Shown here in pieces: positions 1-9,229 of a DNA stretch of 64,000 bases. The stretch comes from an uncultured Candidatus Saccharibacteria bacterium (GTDB lineage: Bacteria > Patescibacteriota > Minisyncoccia > Phycocordibacterales > SBAW01), in contig CAZMIU010000001.1 in the NCBI GenBank assembly GCA_964566795.1, positions 333,091 through 397,090 of the forward strand, in the 5' to 3' direction. The translations under genes were made by a program, and so were the position numbers. Position 1 is the first letter of the stretch. Each line of letters begins with the position of its first letter. A model generated the notes under the pieces. That model saw only the letters and a list, made by a program, of their open reading frames with translations, did not search any database and was not told the DNA's origin.

Positions 1-73
1 CCATCACCTCATATACGGCAAAGGCGATAACAAAGCCCAGGCACAACACCGCCACATAAATAAGCGCACTCAT
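1..73 (-). CDS. 5' part of a membrane/secreted protein, truncated by window edge
   Basis: ATG at 73, hydrophobic MSALIYVAVLCLGFVIAFAVYEV, open to window edge. Confidence 0.5.
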   Translation of the reverse strand, partial: MSALIYVAVLCLGFVIAFAVYEVM

Positions 74-111
74 CGCCCCTCAATTCTAAACCCTCTTTTC
101 CCCTCCAACTT

Positions 112-142
112 CTATGCTAGTGTTTTGCAAAACACCAAAATA
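112..142. repeat. palindrome copy 1 (core GTGTTTTGCAAAACAC at 120-135)
   Basis: perfect 16-bp palindrome; 28/31 identical to 485-515. Confidence 0.9.
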
Positions 143-154
143 ACAGCACTTGAA

Positions 155-457
155 TTAAAGTAGACGCAGTGTAAAGGAAACTTTGTCTTTGTCGTATATC
201 CCCTCCTTTTGCCGCACCTGCGCCTTGAGCGGCAAAAGATACGTGCCCGACTTTTTGTCGGGGAATATAGATGTCTCCCAGTTCGTTTTGCCAAGCGTGA
301 CTCCGACACGAAGCGAGCCCCACCCTTTTGCCACCTTACCAAAATCCTTTTTTATCGCTTGCGACTCTTTAGCGGGCACACTTATAAAATGCCACCCGGC
401 CATGCCCGGATAAGCCCACACCTGACTCCGCATCTTGTATATCCTCTTTGCCGCCAT
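155..457 (-). CDS. DUF1905 domain protein
   Basis: GWHFISVP, GWGSLRV, WETSIFPDKKSGTYLLPLKAQVR typical of DUF1905. Confidence 0.8.
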   Translation of the reverse strand: MAAKRIYKMRSQVWAYPGMAGWHFISVPAKESQAIKKDFGKVAKGWGSLRVGVTLGKTNWETSIFPDKKSGTYLLPLKAQVRQKEGIYDKDKVSFTLRLL

Positions 458-484
458 GGTCGTCCAATAATACCCCACCCACCC

Positions 485-515
485 TTATGTTAGTGTTTTG
501 CAAAACACCAGAATA
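485..515. repeat. palindrome copy 2 (core 493-508), inside the HTH 3' end (encodes VFCKT)
   Basis: direct reading. Confidence 0.9.
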
Positions 516-769
516 GACTCCCCGAGTGGCGTTATTTTGTGGCGCACGGATGAGCCCTCGTTGCGCTTCATGACTAACCCCGCAATGGCTAGCTTGCGGA
601 TATGATCAGAAGTATTTATATACCCGATATCCAAATGTTCGGATATGTCGGCGACAGAAAGCTCCGGAACCCGCTTGACCAGCTCCAAAATCTCGACGCG
701 CCTGTGGTTTGCAGCGCCCTTGAGCACCCTCTCTATCCTCCTGAAATATATCTGCTTGCTTTGCGACAT
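485..769 (-). CDS. ArsR/SmtB-like winged-helix transcriptional regulator
   Basis: LKGAANHRRVEILELV..LSVADISEHL..TSDHIRKLAIAGLV; start chosen from TATGAT -10 box 7 nt upstream. Confidence 0.85.
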   Translation of the reverse strand: MSQSKQIYFRRIERVLKGAANHRRVEILELVKRVPELSVADISEHLDIGYINTSDHIRKLAIAGLVMKRNEGSSVRHKITPLGESILVFCKTLT

Positions 770-785
770 GGCGCGCATCATACAG

Positions 786-815
786 TGTTCTAGTGTTTTG
801 CAAAATACTAGAACA
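786..815. promoter_or_regulatory. palindrome copy 3, 30-bp near-perfect inverted repeat over the -35 region of the HTH gene (putative operator)
   Basis: TGTTCTAGTGTTTTGCAAAATACTAGAACA, one mismatched pair. Confidence 0.75.
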
Positions 816-897
816 GATTTGTGGTATGTTGCCAGATAATAATAAATATTGTATTATGCTACATAGGTAAGCACACCCAAAACGCGCGGAGGACCAC

Positions 898-1323
898 ATG
901 CGCATCCTACTCTCCTCTATCAGCCTTCTTGTACTGATCCTCGCACAACCGGCACAAGCCTATTCGCCGACAATCAAAGCCGTAGAAGCCGCAGTGCATT
1001 TGGCATTCGGGTATAGTCTGCCCGACGAGTTTGATCCTGCGGCGATACAGCACACGTTGTGCGATAAGCCCAAGGCCGGCAAGGCCAAGTGCAGCAACGA
1101 GATCGGCGCATTCCAGGACAGGCAGATCGAGATACTGTCTTATCTTGAAATGGCCAAGGAGGCGGAAATCGCGGGGAGTCAGGAGATGCTCAACGAGACG
1201 CTCACAAAGCTGAGCGCAGCTTTGGGAGCGTACCGCTCGAGCCTTAGGACATGGTACGGCAGCAATATTGGCAAGATAAAGGATATTCCTATCCCGCCGC
1301 TGCGCCCAGCCGCAAAAAATTAG
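898..1323 (+). CDS. secreted hypothetical protein
   Basis: GGAGG RBS, signal peptide ending AQA. Confidence 0.7.
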   Translation: MRILLSSISLLVLILAQPAQAYSPTIKAVEAAVHLAFGYSLPDEFDPAAIQHTLCDKPKAGKAKCSNEIGAFQDRQIEILSYLEMAKEAEIAGSQEMLNETLTKLSAALGAYRSSLRTWYGSNIGKIKDIPIPPLRPAAKN

Positions 1324-1344
1324 ACCGCGCCTGCGCGGCACCTG

Positions 1345-1368
1345 CCCCGCCATCTTAAGATGGCGGGG
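1345..1368. terminator. hairpin between convergent genes
   Basis: CCCCGCCATCTTAAGATGGCGGGG perfect palindrome followed by TTT. Confidence 0.65.
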
Positions 1369-1369
1369 T

Positions 1370-1594
1370 TTACTTTTCGTCAACTGAAAAGAGTTTAGAC
1401 GGGCTCGTGTGGCCTGAGATAAGCCGCACACGGGCAAGCGGCACGCGCAGGTGCGCGGCCACTACCTCTTGCACGCGCTTGTTGGCCAGGTTGCGCTCGG
1501 CGGGCGCCTTAACCCATACCTTAAGCCGGCCGCGGGGCAGGACCTCTAGCTTTTCCTGCCTAGCCCCAGCGACCACGCGCACGCTTATATACAT
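1370..1594 (-). CDS. DUF167/YggU family protein
   Basis: ISVRVVAGARQE..LKVWVKAPAERNLAN..LISGHTSPSK. Confidence 0.85.
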   Translation of the reverse strand: MYISVRVVAGARQEKLEVLPRGRLKVWVKAPAERNLANKRVQEVVAAHLRVPLARVRLISGHTSPSKLFSVDEK

Positions 1595-1627
1595 GTCATT
1601 ACCGTACACCCAAAATTTCTTTATACC

Positions 1628-1645
1628 AGTGTTTTGCAAAACACT
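1628..1645. repeat. palindrome copy 4 (AGTGTTTTGCAAAACACT)
   Basis: perfect 18-bp palindrome upstream of the DUF167 gene. Confidence 0.9.
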
Positions 1646-1653
1646 AGATACCT

Positions 1654-1690
1654 ACGCCCGGCTAGAAGTCTAGCCGGGCGTTTTCTTTTG
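1654..1690 (+). terminator. intrinsic terminator-like hairpin
   Basis: ACGCCCGGCTAGA-AG-TCTAGCCGGGCGT then T-rich tail. Confidence 0.55.
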
Positions 1691-1733
1691 TGATATCTTG
1701 CTCTCAGCACAAACCAGAAACAGGAGTTCCTTA

Positions 1734-2330
1734 ATGACCACCCACTTGCTGCCCATGCCAGGCGAAGATCTTGATACGCTGCGCTCTATCGCCCAGTCTA
1801 TGTATCTGGACGGCGAGTGCTACGCCTTTGCGATCGCCGTCTCGCGCGGCACCAGGCTCCCTATTGTGGGGCTTATGGAGGGCAGCGTGCCGCGGCACGC
1901 GCTCGTCTACTGGAAGGACAAGAACAAGTTCGTGGACGTGCGGGGCCTGCATGGCATACACGAGCCCGCGCTGGGCCAGCCGTTTGGCCACCGGCCGGGC
2001 TCCTACGACCTGCAGGAGATACCGGAGGCAAAGCTGTACGCGCAGCGCCAGATCGACGACAGCTCGATAGCCTACGCACAGAAGTACGCCGACATCCTGC
2101 TGCCAATGCTCCCGTGGAAGCAGGGCCGGGCCCTGCGAGCCAAGGCCTTCTGCGACGAGCTCGAGGACCTATGCCGGCGGCACGGCTTCTGGATCCGCAG
2201 CCCTGTCCCGGCCGCCAAGCCAATACTCTGCGAGGGCCATGGCGACGAGGACGGCTACAGCATCAAGCCGACCAGCGATGGCGGCCAGTTCACTATCGAC
2301 CGCAGGCTCAAAGGCGAGTCTCTGCAGTGA
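1734..2330 (+). CDS. hypothetical protein
   Basis: AGGAG RBS; GECYAFAIA..HAL..VDVRG C/H/D arrangement suggests a papain/transglutaminase-like fold (tentative). Confidence 0.7.
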   Translation: MTTHLLPMPGEDLDTLRSIAQSMYLDGECYAFAIAVSRGTRLPIVGLMEGSVPRHALVYWKDKNKFVDVRGLHGIHEPALGQPFGHRPGSYDLQEIPEAKLYAQRQIDDSSIAYAQKYADILLPMLPWKQGRALRAKAFCDELEDLCRRHGFWIRSPVPAAKPILCEGHGDEDGYSIKPTSDGGQFTIDRRLKGESLQ

Positions 2331-2334
2331 CAGC

Positions 2335-2364
2335 AAAAGCCCCGCGCCATGGCGCGGGGCTTTT
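2335..2364. terminator. bidirectional intrinsic terminator
   Basis: AAAAGCCCCGCGCCATGGCGCGGGGCTTTT between convergent genes. Confidence 0.85.
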
Positions 2365-2365
2365 C

Positions 2366-2821
2366 TTATGCAATAACTGGCGCGTCGGTAGCAACCGGCA
2401 GCGCCTGCATGAGCTCGTGCGTGGTGGCCAGTGTCACAAACACCACGCCCCCGCCGCCTGCGATAACACCTTGCGTGAGCGCCTGCGTGTAGGGCTGCCA
2501 GCTCTTCTTGAGCTCGTGGTGGTAGTACACAACCCGTATCTTGTGGTGCCGCACCTGCTGCGCCACGCGCACAGAGAGCGCCGCTACCTCGGCATCTTGC
2601 AGACGATGGTCGTAGTACGGGATACCTGTGTCGGCCGGGATAAGGCCCATTACCCCCGAGAGGATAAAGTAGGGCCTATGCCGGGCCGCAGCCTGCGCAA
2701 GCTTAATGTGCTCGCCCAGATAGCGCTTGCAAGCCGGCATCAGGGGCGGGCCCTCGGCCTTTTCCCTGCTACATATAGTGCAGACGACTTCCTTAAGCTT
2801 GTCCTTGCGGTAGTAAAACAT
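2366..2821 (-). CDS. DUF6884-like protein
   Basis: CSREK..RYLG..FILSGVMGLIP..IPYYDHRL resembles the ILSA.YGL..PYD motif. Confidence 0.55.
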   Translation of the reverse strand: MFYYRKDKLKEVVCTICSREKAEGPPLMPACKRYLGEHIKLAQAAARHRPYFILSGVMGLIPADTGIPYYDHRLQDAEVAALSVRVAQQVRHHKIRVVYYHHELKKSWQPYTQALTQGVIAGGGGVVFVTLATTHELMQALPVATDAPVIA

Positions 2822-2945
2822 CGGGCCCTCCTGCCTCTGGTGACATCTGCCCCCACCCTACCACACAAGGCTCAATGTGCCAGTATTTGGATTTTTGTAC
2901 GGGCATTAGTATAGTGACCTCAGACGACACAAACGGGAGGCAGCG

Positions 2946-3449
2946 ATGCGATTCTTGTGGATGTTTTCGATCTTTTTTCTGACACTCGTTCCAAATGAGC
3001 CGCTCGCGGCGCAGGAACACCGACATCACGACCGCGCACAAGTAGCACCGGCCTCTCCGCCAGGCTTTGAGCGCTATCTCAAACTTCTGGAGAAGCCTCC
3101 GCAATTGGGAGATTGGGCGTATCGGCACGACGAGCTCCACGACCTGGGGCTCGTGGCCAAGCTGCGCATGGCTACCGGCAGCAACTGCTGCAACGGAGAG
3201 AAGAGCGGCGAGTGCCGCGTCACCAAGGTAAACCTGGTCGACAAGAAGGTGTACGTCGACCGCCAATGGTGCCCGTACTACTACAACACCAAGGTTGTCG
3301 TTATGGGCGAGATGGAGACCATACACGACAACGGCGAGGATGTGGCCATGGTATGCGCCGGCCGCACGATAAGGGTGCCGCATGCGCCCCTTTCGCCCAA
3401 TATGTGCCCGGGGGTATACTGTATCGCTGTACGACCAGCCAAGATCTAA
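2946..3449 (+). CDS. secreted cysteine-rich hypothetical protein
   Basis: GGGAGG RBS, signal peptide, seven Cys, terminator after stop. Confidence 0.7.
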   Translation: MRFLWMFSIFFLTLVPNEPLAAQEHRHHDRAQVAPASPPGFERYLKLLEKPPQLGDWAYRHDELHDLGLVAKLRMATGSNCCNGEKSGECRVTKVNLVDKKVYVDRQWCPYYYNTKVVVMGEMETIHDNGEDVAMVCAGRTIRVPHAPLSPNMCPGVYCIAVRPAKI

Positions 3450-3451
3450 CC

Positions 3452-3478
3452 AAAGGCCGCCCCAGAGGGGCGGCCTTT
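3452..3478. terminator. bidirectional intrinsic terminator
   Basis: AAAGGCCGCCCC-AGA-GGGGCGGCCTTT. Confidence 0.85.
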
Positions 3479-3480
3479 CA

Positions 3481-3828
3481 CTATGCGCGCTCTATGCGGC
3501 GCAAAGCAGCGCGCAGTTCTTTGTGGTTTGGCAGAGCCTCCGAGACCAGCGCCCAAAACTCCGGCCCGTGGTTAAAGTGCCTCAGGTGGCACAGCTCGTG
3601 CACCACCACGTAGTCCAAGACCTCCTGCGGCAAAAAGATAAGCTTGTAGTTAAAGTTGAGGTTGCCCCGGCTTGAGCAGCTGCCCCACCTGCTCTTGCTG
3701 TTTTTAATAAACACCCGCCTGTACGTGTGCCCGTAGTGCGCGTTGTAGCGCGCAAGCCTCTCATGTACCGCCGCACGTGCCTGCTCTTTGTGTGCCTGGT
3801 AGTGTTTGATGCTCCTGCGCCGCAACAT
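3481..3828 (-). CDS. YgjP/DUF45 (M48/SprT-like) metal-dependent hydrolase
   Basis: RWGSCS, DYVVVHELCH, NHGPEFW. Confidence 0.9.
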   Translation of the reverse strand: MLRRRSIKHYQAHKEQARAAVHERLARYNAHYGHTYRRVFIKNSKSRWGSCSSRGNLNFNYKLIFLPQEVLDYVVVHELCHLRHFNHGPEFWALVSEALPNHKELRAALRRIERA

Positions 3829-3842
3829 TGTACTACTGTAAC

Positions 3843-3872
3843 GCAAAAGCCCCGCGTATGCGGGGCCTTTGC
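3843..3872 (-). terminator. intrinsic terminator
   Basis: GCCCCGC-GTAT-GCGGGGC flanked by A/T runs. Confidence 0.7.
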
Positions 3873-3889
3873 AACATGTTCTGCCTTTT

Positions 3890-4279
3890 TTAGTCGCGCT
3901 CCATGCTGTAGAGGCTGTACTTGCCAGCGCCCACAAGGAAGACCGCGAGAGCACCTGCAGCCAAGAGGATCTCAAGCTCGTAGTTGCCGCTCGGAGCGCC
4001 AACCAACAGCGTTGCGACCACCATCTCGATGCCGAGCACAACGCCCGCCAAACGCGGAGCAATGCCCAGGGCGAGCATGATGCCGCCGATAACCTCGATA
4101 GCAGCGATAAGCATCGCTGTGCCCGGAGGCAGGCCCAAGCCTGCAAAGAAGCTGTCTGCACCGCGCAGGTTCTGGAGCTTGGTCCAGCCGTGGTTAATAA
4201 ATACCCAGCCCGTGGCCAAACGGACCAGCAAGAGGCCCATGGCCTTGTGGTACGCAAAGCGCGTAACGTGATGAATCAT
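3890..4279 (-). CDS. DoxX family membrane protein
   Basis: LLVRLATGWVFINHGWTKL, EVIGG, GAGKYSL. Confidence 0.9.
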   Translation of the reverse strand: MIHHVTRFAYHKAMGLLLVRLATGWVFINHGWTKLQNLRGADSFFAGLGLPPGTAMLIAAIEVIGGIMLALGIAPRLAGVVLGIEMVVATLLVGAPSGNYELEILLAAGALAVFLVGAGKYSLYSMERD

Positions 4280-4344
4280 ACAAAGGGTTAACTACTAATA
4301 ATCCCTTGGCTATAAGTATACTCCCGCTTTAAACGCGCAAGCCC

Positions 4345-4641
4345 CTATTTCAACATCCCCTGTGCCTGCTCCTCGATGGCCTTCTTAAGCCTGCCCTCAA
4401 ACATGCGGAGCATGAGTGGCAACTTGGCATTAAGCTCAAACTCATTGTCGCGTACCTCAAAGGTGCCCGATATACTTTGCCCCTGCGCGGTAAAGCCAAA
4501 GGTAAGGACGTTGTCATTCCACTCCTCTTTGTCGATAGTGGCCTGGTCGCCAATTTTGGCACGAGCCTCGTCGAGCGCTTGCATGACCTTACTCTTGGCG
4601 GCAGCCGCCGAGCCTGCCTGGTGCGGTATCTTGATTTGCAT
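4345..4641 (-). CDS. PHA_gran_rgn (polyhydroxyalkanoic acid system) family protein
   Basis: IKIPH..EEW..F..GQSISG..V..LP.ML..F.G.LK..IEE pattern. Confidence 0.65.
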   Translation of the reverse strand: MQIKIPHQAGSAAAAKSKVMQALDEARAKIGDQATIDKEEWNDNVLTFGFTAQGQSISGTFEVRDNEFELNAKLPLMLRMFEGRLKKAIEEQAQGMLK

Positions 4642-4642
4642 A

Positions 4643-5329
4643 CTACTTAAGCTCGACAGAGGTGATAACCATTGGCTGTACCGGCCTGTCGCCTGCGGCT
4701 GTTGGCGTGGTCTCTATTGCCTTAACTACCTCCATGCCCGACACGACTTTGCCAAACACGGTGTGCTTTTGGTCGAGGAAAGAGTTTTCGGCAACGTTGA
4801 TAAAAAACTGCGAGCCGTTGGTGTTGGGCCCTGCGTTGGCCATCGAGATGGTGCCGACGCCGTTGTGGTTGCCTGCCGCAATCTCATCGGCAAACTGGTA
4901 GCCCGGCCCGCCGGTGCCCCAGCGCGCCTGCATTGAGTCGTCTTTTGTCAGCGGGTCGCCGCCCTGGATCATAAAGCCGGCTATAACGCGATGGAACTTG
5001 GTCCCATTATAAAAGCCTTCTCCCGCAAGCTTAGTAAAGTTGGCCACGGTCTTTGGGGTTGCACTGATAAACTCGATTACGATGTCGCCCTTAGTCGTGT
5101 GGAATGTTGCCTGCATGATTTTTTGATTATTAGTGCTTGTAGTTGGGGTTGTGGTTGATGATAGCGCCTCAGGGACCGCTGGAGTGCTTGTCGCGCCCGG
5201 CTCCTGCGTGAGGAGCGTCGTTGTGAACAGGTCGGCTGCAGCCGGCGGCTTGCTGCCCTCGACAACGTACCACGTGCCTGCCGCAGCTACGAGTACGGCA
5301 ACCACTGCGATAAGTGACATTTTATCCAT
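4643..5329 (-). CDS. cyclophilin-type peptidyl-prolyl isomerase with N-terminal membrane anchor
   Basis: FHRVIAGFMIQGGDP, MANAGPNTNGSQFFI, HTVFGKV. Confidence 0.95.
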   Translation of the reverse strand: MDKMSLIAVVAVLVAAAGTWYVVEGSKPPAAADLFTTTLLTQEPGATSTPAVPEALSSTTTPTTSTNNQKIMQATFHTTKGDIVIEFISATPKTVANFTKLAGEGFYNGTKFHRVIAGFMIQGGDPLTKDDSMQARWGTGGPGYQFADEIAAGNHNGVGTISMANAGPNTNGSQFFINVAENSFLDQKHTVFGKVVSGMEVVKAIETTPTAAGDRPVQPMVITSVELK

Positions 5330-5340
5330 ATGCGCAGGGC

Positions 5341-5952
5341 CTATTGTAGCAAATCCTTTAGCACCGGCGCTACACGCCCAGCCAAGCGCGCATAGCCCTG
5401 GTCGTTGGGATGCACGCTGTCCGCCATAAACTCATCGCGGCCCAAGAGCCCCTTGAGCGCGTCCTCTATATATGCGGTTTTGTATTGGCGCGACACATCT
5501 TTAAAACGCGAGGCGTACTGGTCGACAAGCACGCCGCCGCGTATACCCACCAGGAGCACTATAGCGCCCCGCTTGTGAATGTCCTCGACAATCTTTGAGA
5601 CGTTCTCAAACACCGCCTCGTCCGGTACGCGGCGCAGGTAGTCGTTGCCGCCCACGAGCACTATCACCACCTTAGGGGTGTATGCATCAAGCTCGCTTAT
5701 GCGCTTGAGCACATCGGTGCTCGTGTCGCCCGCGCGCCCCAAATTAACAACCTTCTCGCCCACCGCACCTGAGACCAGCGATACAAAGTCGTGCCCCGCC
5801 GTTGAGCCAACCCCGGCAACCAAGCTGTCGCCTATGGCAATGATGTCTGTGCCTGAAGACGGGTAGTTGGTTATCTCTGGCGTGCGCAGCAAAAAGTACC
5901 ACGAACCGGCGGCCGCAACCACGAGTGCAGCAGCCACAACGCCTGAGCGCAT
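5341..5952 (-). CDS. GDSL/SGNH esterase, membrane anchored
   Basis: GDSL, GGND, DSVHPN. Confidence 0.9.
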   Translation of the reverse strand: MRSGVVAAALVVAAAGSWYFLLRTPEITNYPSSGTDIIAIGDSLVAGVGSTAGHDFVSLVSGAVGEKVVNLGRAGDTSTDVLKRISELDAYTPKVVIVLVGGNDYLRRVPDEAVFENVSKIVEDIHKRGAIVLLVGIRGGVLVDQYASRFKDVSRQYKTAYIEDALKGLLGRDEFMADSVHPNDQGYARLAGRVAPVLKDLLQ

Positions 5953-6566
5953 CAGAGTATCTCCAAAGACTCGCGGATAGTGTCAAACTGGCGCAGGAGC
6001 GCTTGGCGGTCAAAGTTCTGTACAGCACCCTTAGGGTAGTTCTCTATAGCGCCGTAGTGCACAAAGTACCGCACGGCCAGGCAGCCGCCGTCGACAGGTG
6101 TGGCGTACACGCGCTCCTCGTAGCGGTTGCCTGCTGCAGCACCCATTGATGTTGAGACCGAGTAGCGATGACCCGCAACATCGACAAACCCCTCGTGTGT
6201 CGAGCCCTCGGCAAGATATATGGAGGCACTGCAGGAGTTAATCGCACCCGGCAGGGGCTCCACACTGATGTAGGAGTCCTCAGAGAGATTGGTGCCCGAG
6301 GCAAATGCGGGCGCTATAAGCAGACGGGTGCCCGAGATTGTGCGCCCGGGGCCCAGGGCCTGGTAGACATACTGCTCTGGCGTATAGCCCTCGGGGTACG
6401 AGATACGGAACTTGCCCGAGGTATCGGTGTAGGTCATAAGCGGCGTCGAGGTGGGAGTATCAGTTGTGGTGTCGCGCACCACTGGCTCGATGCGGCCCAC
6501 GGTCAAAGACAGCCACACGCCAAGCGCGACCACGCACGCAATTAGTATGCCCACTACCCACTTCAT
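5952..6566 (-). CDS. membrane-anchored hypothetical protein
   Basis: N-terminal TM helix, overlaps stop/start of next gene. Confidence 0.75.
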   Translation of the reverse strand: MKWVVGILIACVVALGVWLSLTVGRIEPVVRDTTTDTPTSTPLMTYTDTSGKFRISYPEGYTPEQYVYQALGPGRTISGTRLLIAPAFASGTNLSEDSYISVEPLPGAINSCSASIYLAEGSTHEGFVDVAGHRYSVSTSMGAAAGNRYEERVYATPVDGGCLAVRYFVHYGAIENYPKGAVQNFDRQALLRQFDTIRESLEIL

Positions 6567-6575
6567 ACCTATAGT

Positions 6576-6956
6576 TTACACAGACGCGCCCGAAACTCCA
6601 TTCTTACGCTTGCTAAATGCGTCTGCCGCAAGTGCCGCTGCTGCAAGCGCGATCGATACATCCCTAAACAGGACCTCAAATTGCACTGCGTTAAACGCAA
6701 CGATTGCCAACAACATCACGGCAGCAATAGCCGCGGGGATCTCGAGCCGCCAGCCCCAGAGTATCCACACCGCGATGACAATCTCGACAACACCAAAGCT
6801 GTGCAGCAATACCTCGCTGGGGATGCCTAGTGAGAACATAAACGGCGGGAAGTAGCCTATCCAGGAGTCCGGGTTGGCAACAGCATCAAGCGGCGGGTAG
6901 ACAAAGGCAAACGCCACTGCGATGCGAAGGAGCCACTGTGCCGCGTTACTCATCAC
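6576..6956 (-). CDS. DoxX-like membrane protein
   Basis: LLRIAVAFAF, GVVE, RDV. Confidence 0.7.
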   Translation of the reverse strand: MMSNAAQWLLRIAVAFAFVYPPLDAVANPDSWIGYFPPFMFSLGIPSEVLLHSFGVVEIVIAVWILWGWRLEIPAAIAAVMLLAIVAFNAVQFEVLFRDVSIALAAAALAADAFSKRKNGVSGASV

Positions 6957-7453
6957 TGCACAACTACCATACCGCTAAACTGCGCCGCAGAGTGGTTGTG
7001 ATACTCAAAGCTGCCCGCCTTGGTAAAGACAAAGGTGTAGCTTGATCCTGCCTGGCACTGGTCAAACGGGGTTGCGCCGGTGTAGGTGCCCGAGCAGTGC
7101 GTTGCGCGGTCGGTGCTGTCGTACTCGGTGTGTGTTGGGTGCTCGTCTGCAGCTACCCACATGGCGCCCGAGGTGTCGTTGATAAATGTCACCTTCTCAC
7201 CTGCCTTGATGGTTACGCTCTTGGGAGTAAAGCCAGCGGTAGTGTAGTGCACCTCAGCACCGCCGGTTGTAGGAGCAACTGCGTCGCCGCCAACCATGCC
7301 GTTGTCGGGCGTCTGCGTACCCTCAAGCTGCGTCCCGCCTGCGGCTGCAGTGGTGTCGGTGGGAGTGGCAGGCGACTGTGCCATAAACCACCAGCCCGCG
7401 CCCAAAAGTATAACGACTACAAGTATGATTGCCGCCCATCCGGTATTGCTCAT
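6953..7453 (-). CDS. membrane-anchored cupredoxin-like protein
   Basis: FTPKSVTIKAGEKVTFIN, HPTH, YHNH..GMVVVQ. Confidence 0.75.
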   Translation of the reverse strand: MSNTGWAAIILVVVILLGAGWWFMAQSPATPTDTTAAAGGTQLEGTQTPDNGMVGGDAVAPTTGGAEVHYTTAGFTPKSVTIKAGEKVTFINDTSGAMWVAADEHPTHTEYDSTDRATHCSGTYTGATPFDQCQAGSSYTFVFTKAGSFEYHNHSAAQFSGMVVVQ

Positions 7454-7552
7454 AGGTTAGGTAATGAAAGGTTAATACACCTACTATAACATCATCATTG
7501 CCTGAAGGTCACATGAAATCTATGTACCTCGCTGGCAGGCTTACATCCGCTA

Positions 7553-7592
7553 GCAAAACGGAGTTTGAACATGTGTTCAAACTCCGTTTTGC
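7553..7592. repeat. 40-bp intergenic palindrome
   Basis: GCAAAACGGAGTTTGAACA-TG-TGTTCAAACTCCGTTTTGC. Confidence 0.85.
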
Positions 7593-7618
7593 AGAGGTCA
7601 GATCTATGTCGGGATGGA

Positions 7619-7855
7619 TTAGCTGTTGTCGGTGGTGGCGTAGGCCAGGCAGCGCAGGCACCTAGACTGCCCGGCCCTGGTCTTAAGGTATTTATTGCCG
7701 CACTCGCACAAGAGTATGGGGGTCTTTTTAATCTTGACGACCCAATGCCCGTCCTGCTGGAAGGTCTTGGTCGGCCCGCGGCCCATGCGGTTAGGCTCGG
7801 GCCTCAGTTTAGACTCGTGCTCTACTTTGGTTGTCTTTTTAGCCTTCTTTTTCAT
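7619..7855 (-). CDS. small basic protein with CxC..CxxC zinc-ribbon
   Basis: CECGNKY..CLRC, 13 nt downstream of the helicase. Confidence 0.65.
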   Translation of the reverse strand: MKKKAKKTTKVEHESKLRPEPNRMGRGPTKTFQQDGHWVVKIKKTPILLCECGNKYLKTRAGQSRCLRCLAYATTDNS

Positions 7856-7868
7856 ATGAGGATGCGGG

Positions 7869-9185
<1,317 letters not shown>

Positions 9186-9229
9186 CAATGCCCAGTACTA
9201 TATCACAATGAAGCCCTAATCGTCAATGG

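Noticed and set aside
112-342. 76-aa ORF ending ILVFCKTLA as an HTH paralogue
   Set aside because: It overlaps DUF1905 in another frame; only the last ~10 codons resemble the HTH, explained by the repeat.
112-1645. Four palindromes as a CRISPR array
   Set aside because: Spacing is 300-836 bp with whole genes between copies, and no cas genes are present.
1817-2914. 365-aa plus-strand ORF
   Set aside because: It runs through a terminator and two better-supported genes; Arg/Ala/Pro-rich shadow frame.
3481-4257. 258-aa ORF as one protein
   Set aside because: The N-terminal part is an alternative frame of the DoxX gene and crosses a terminator; the real CDS starts at 3828.
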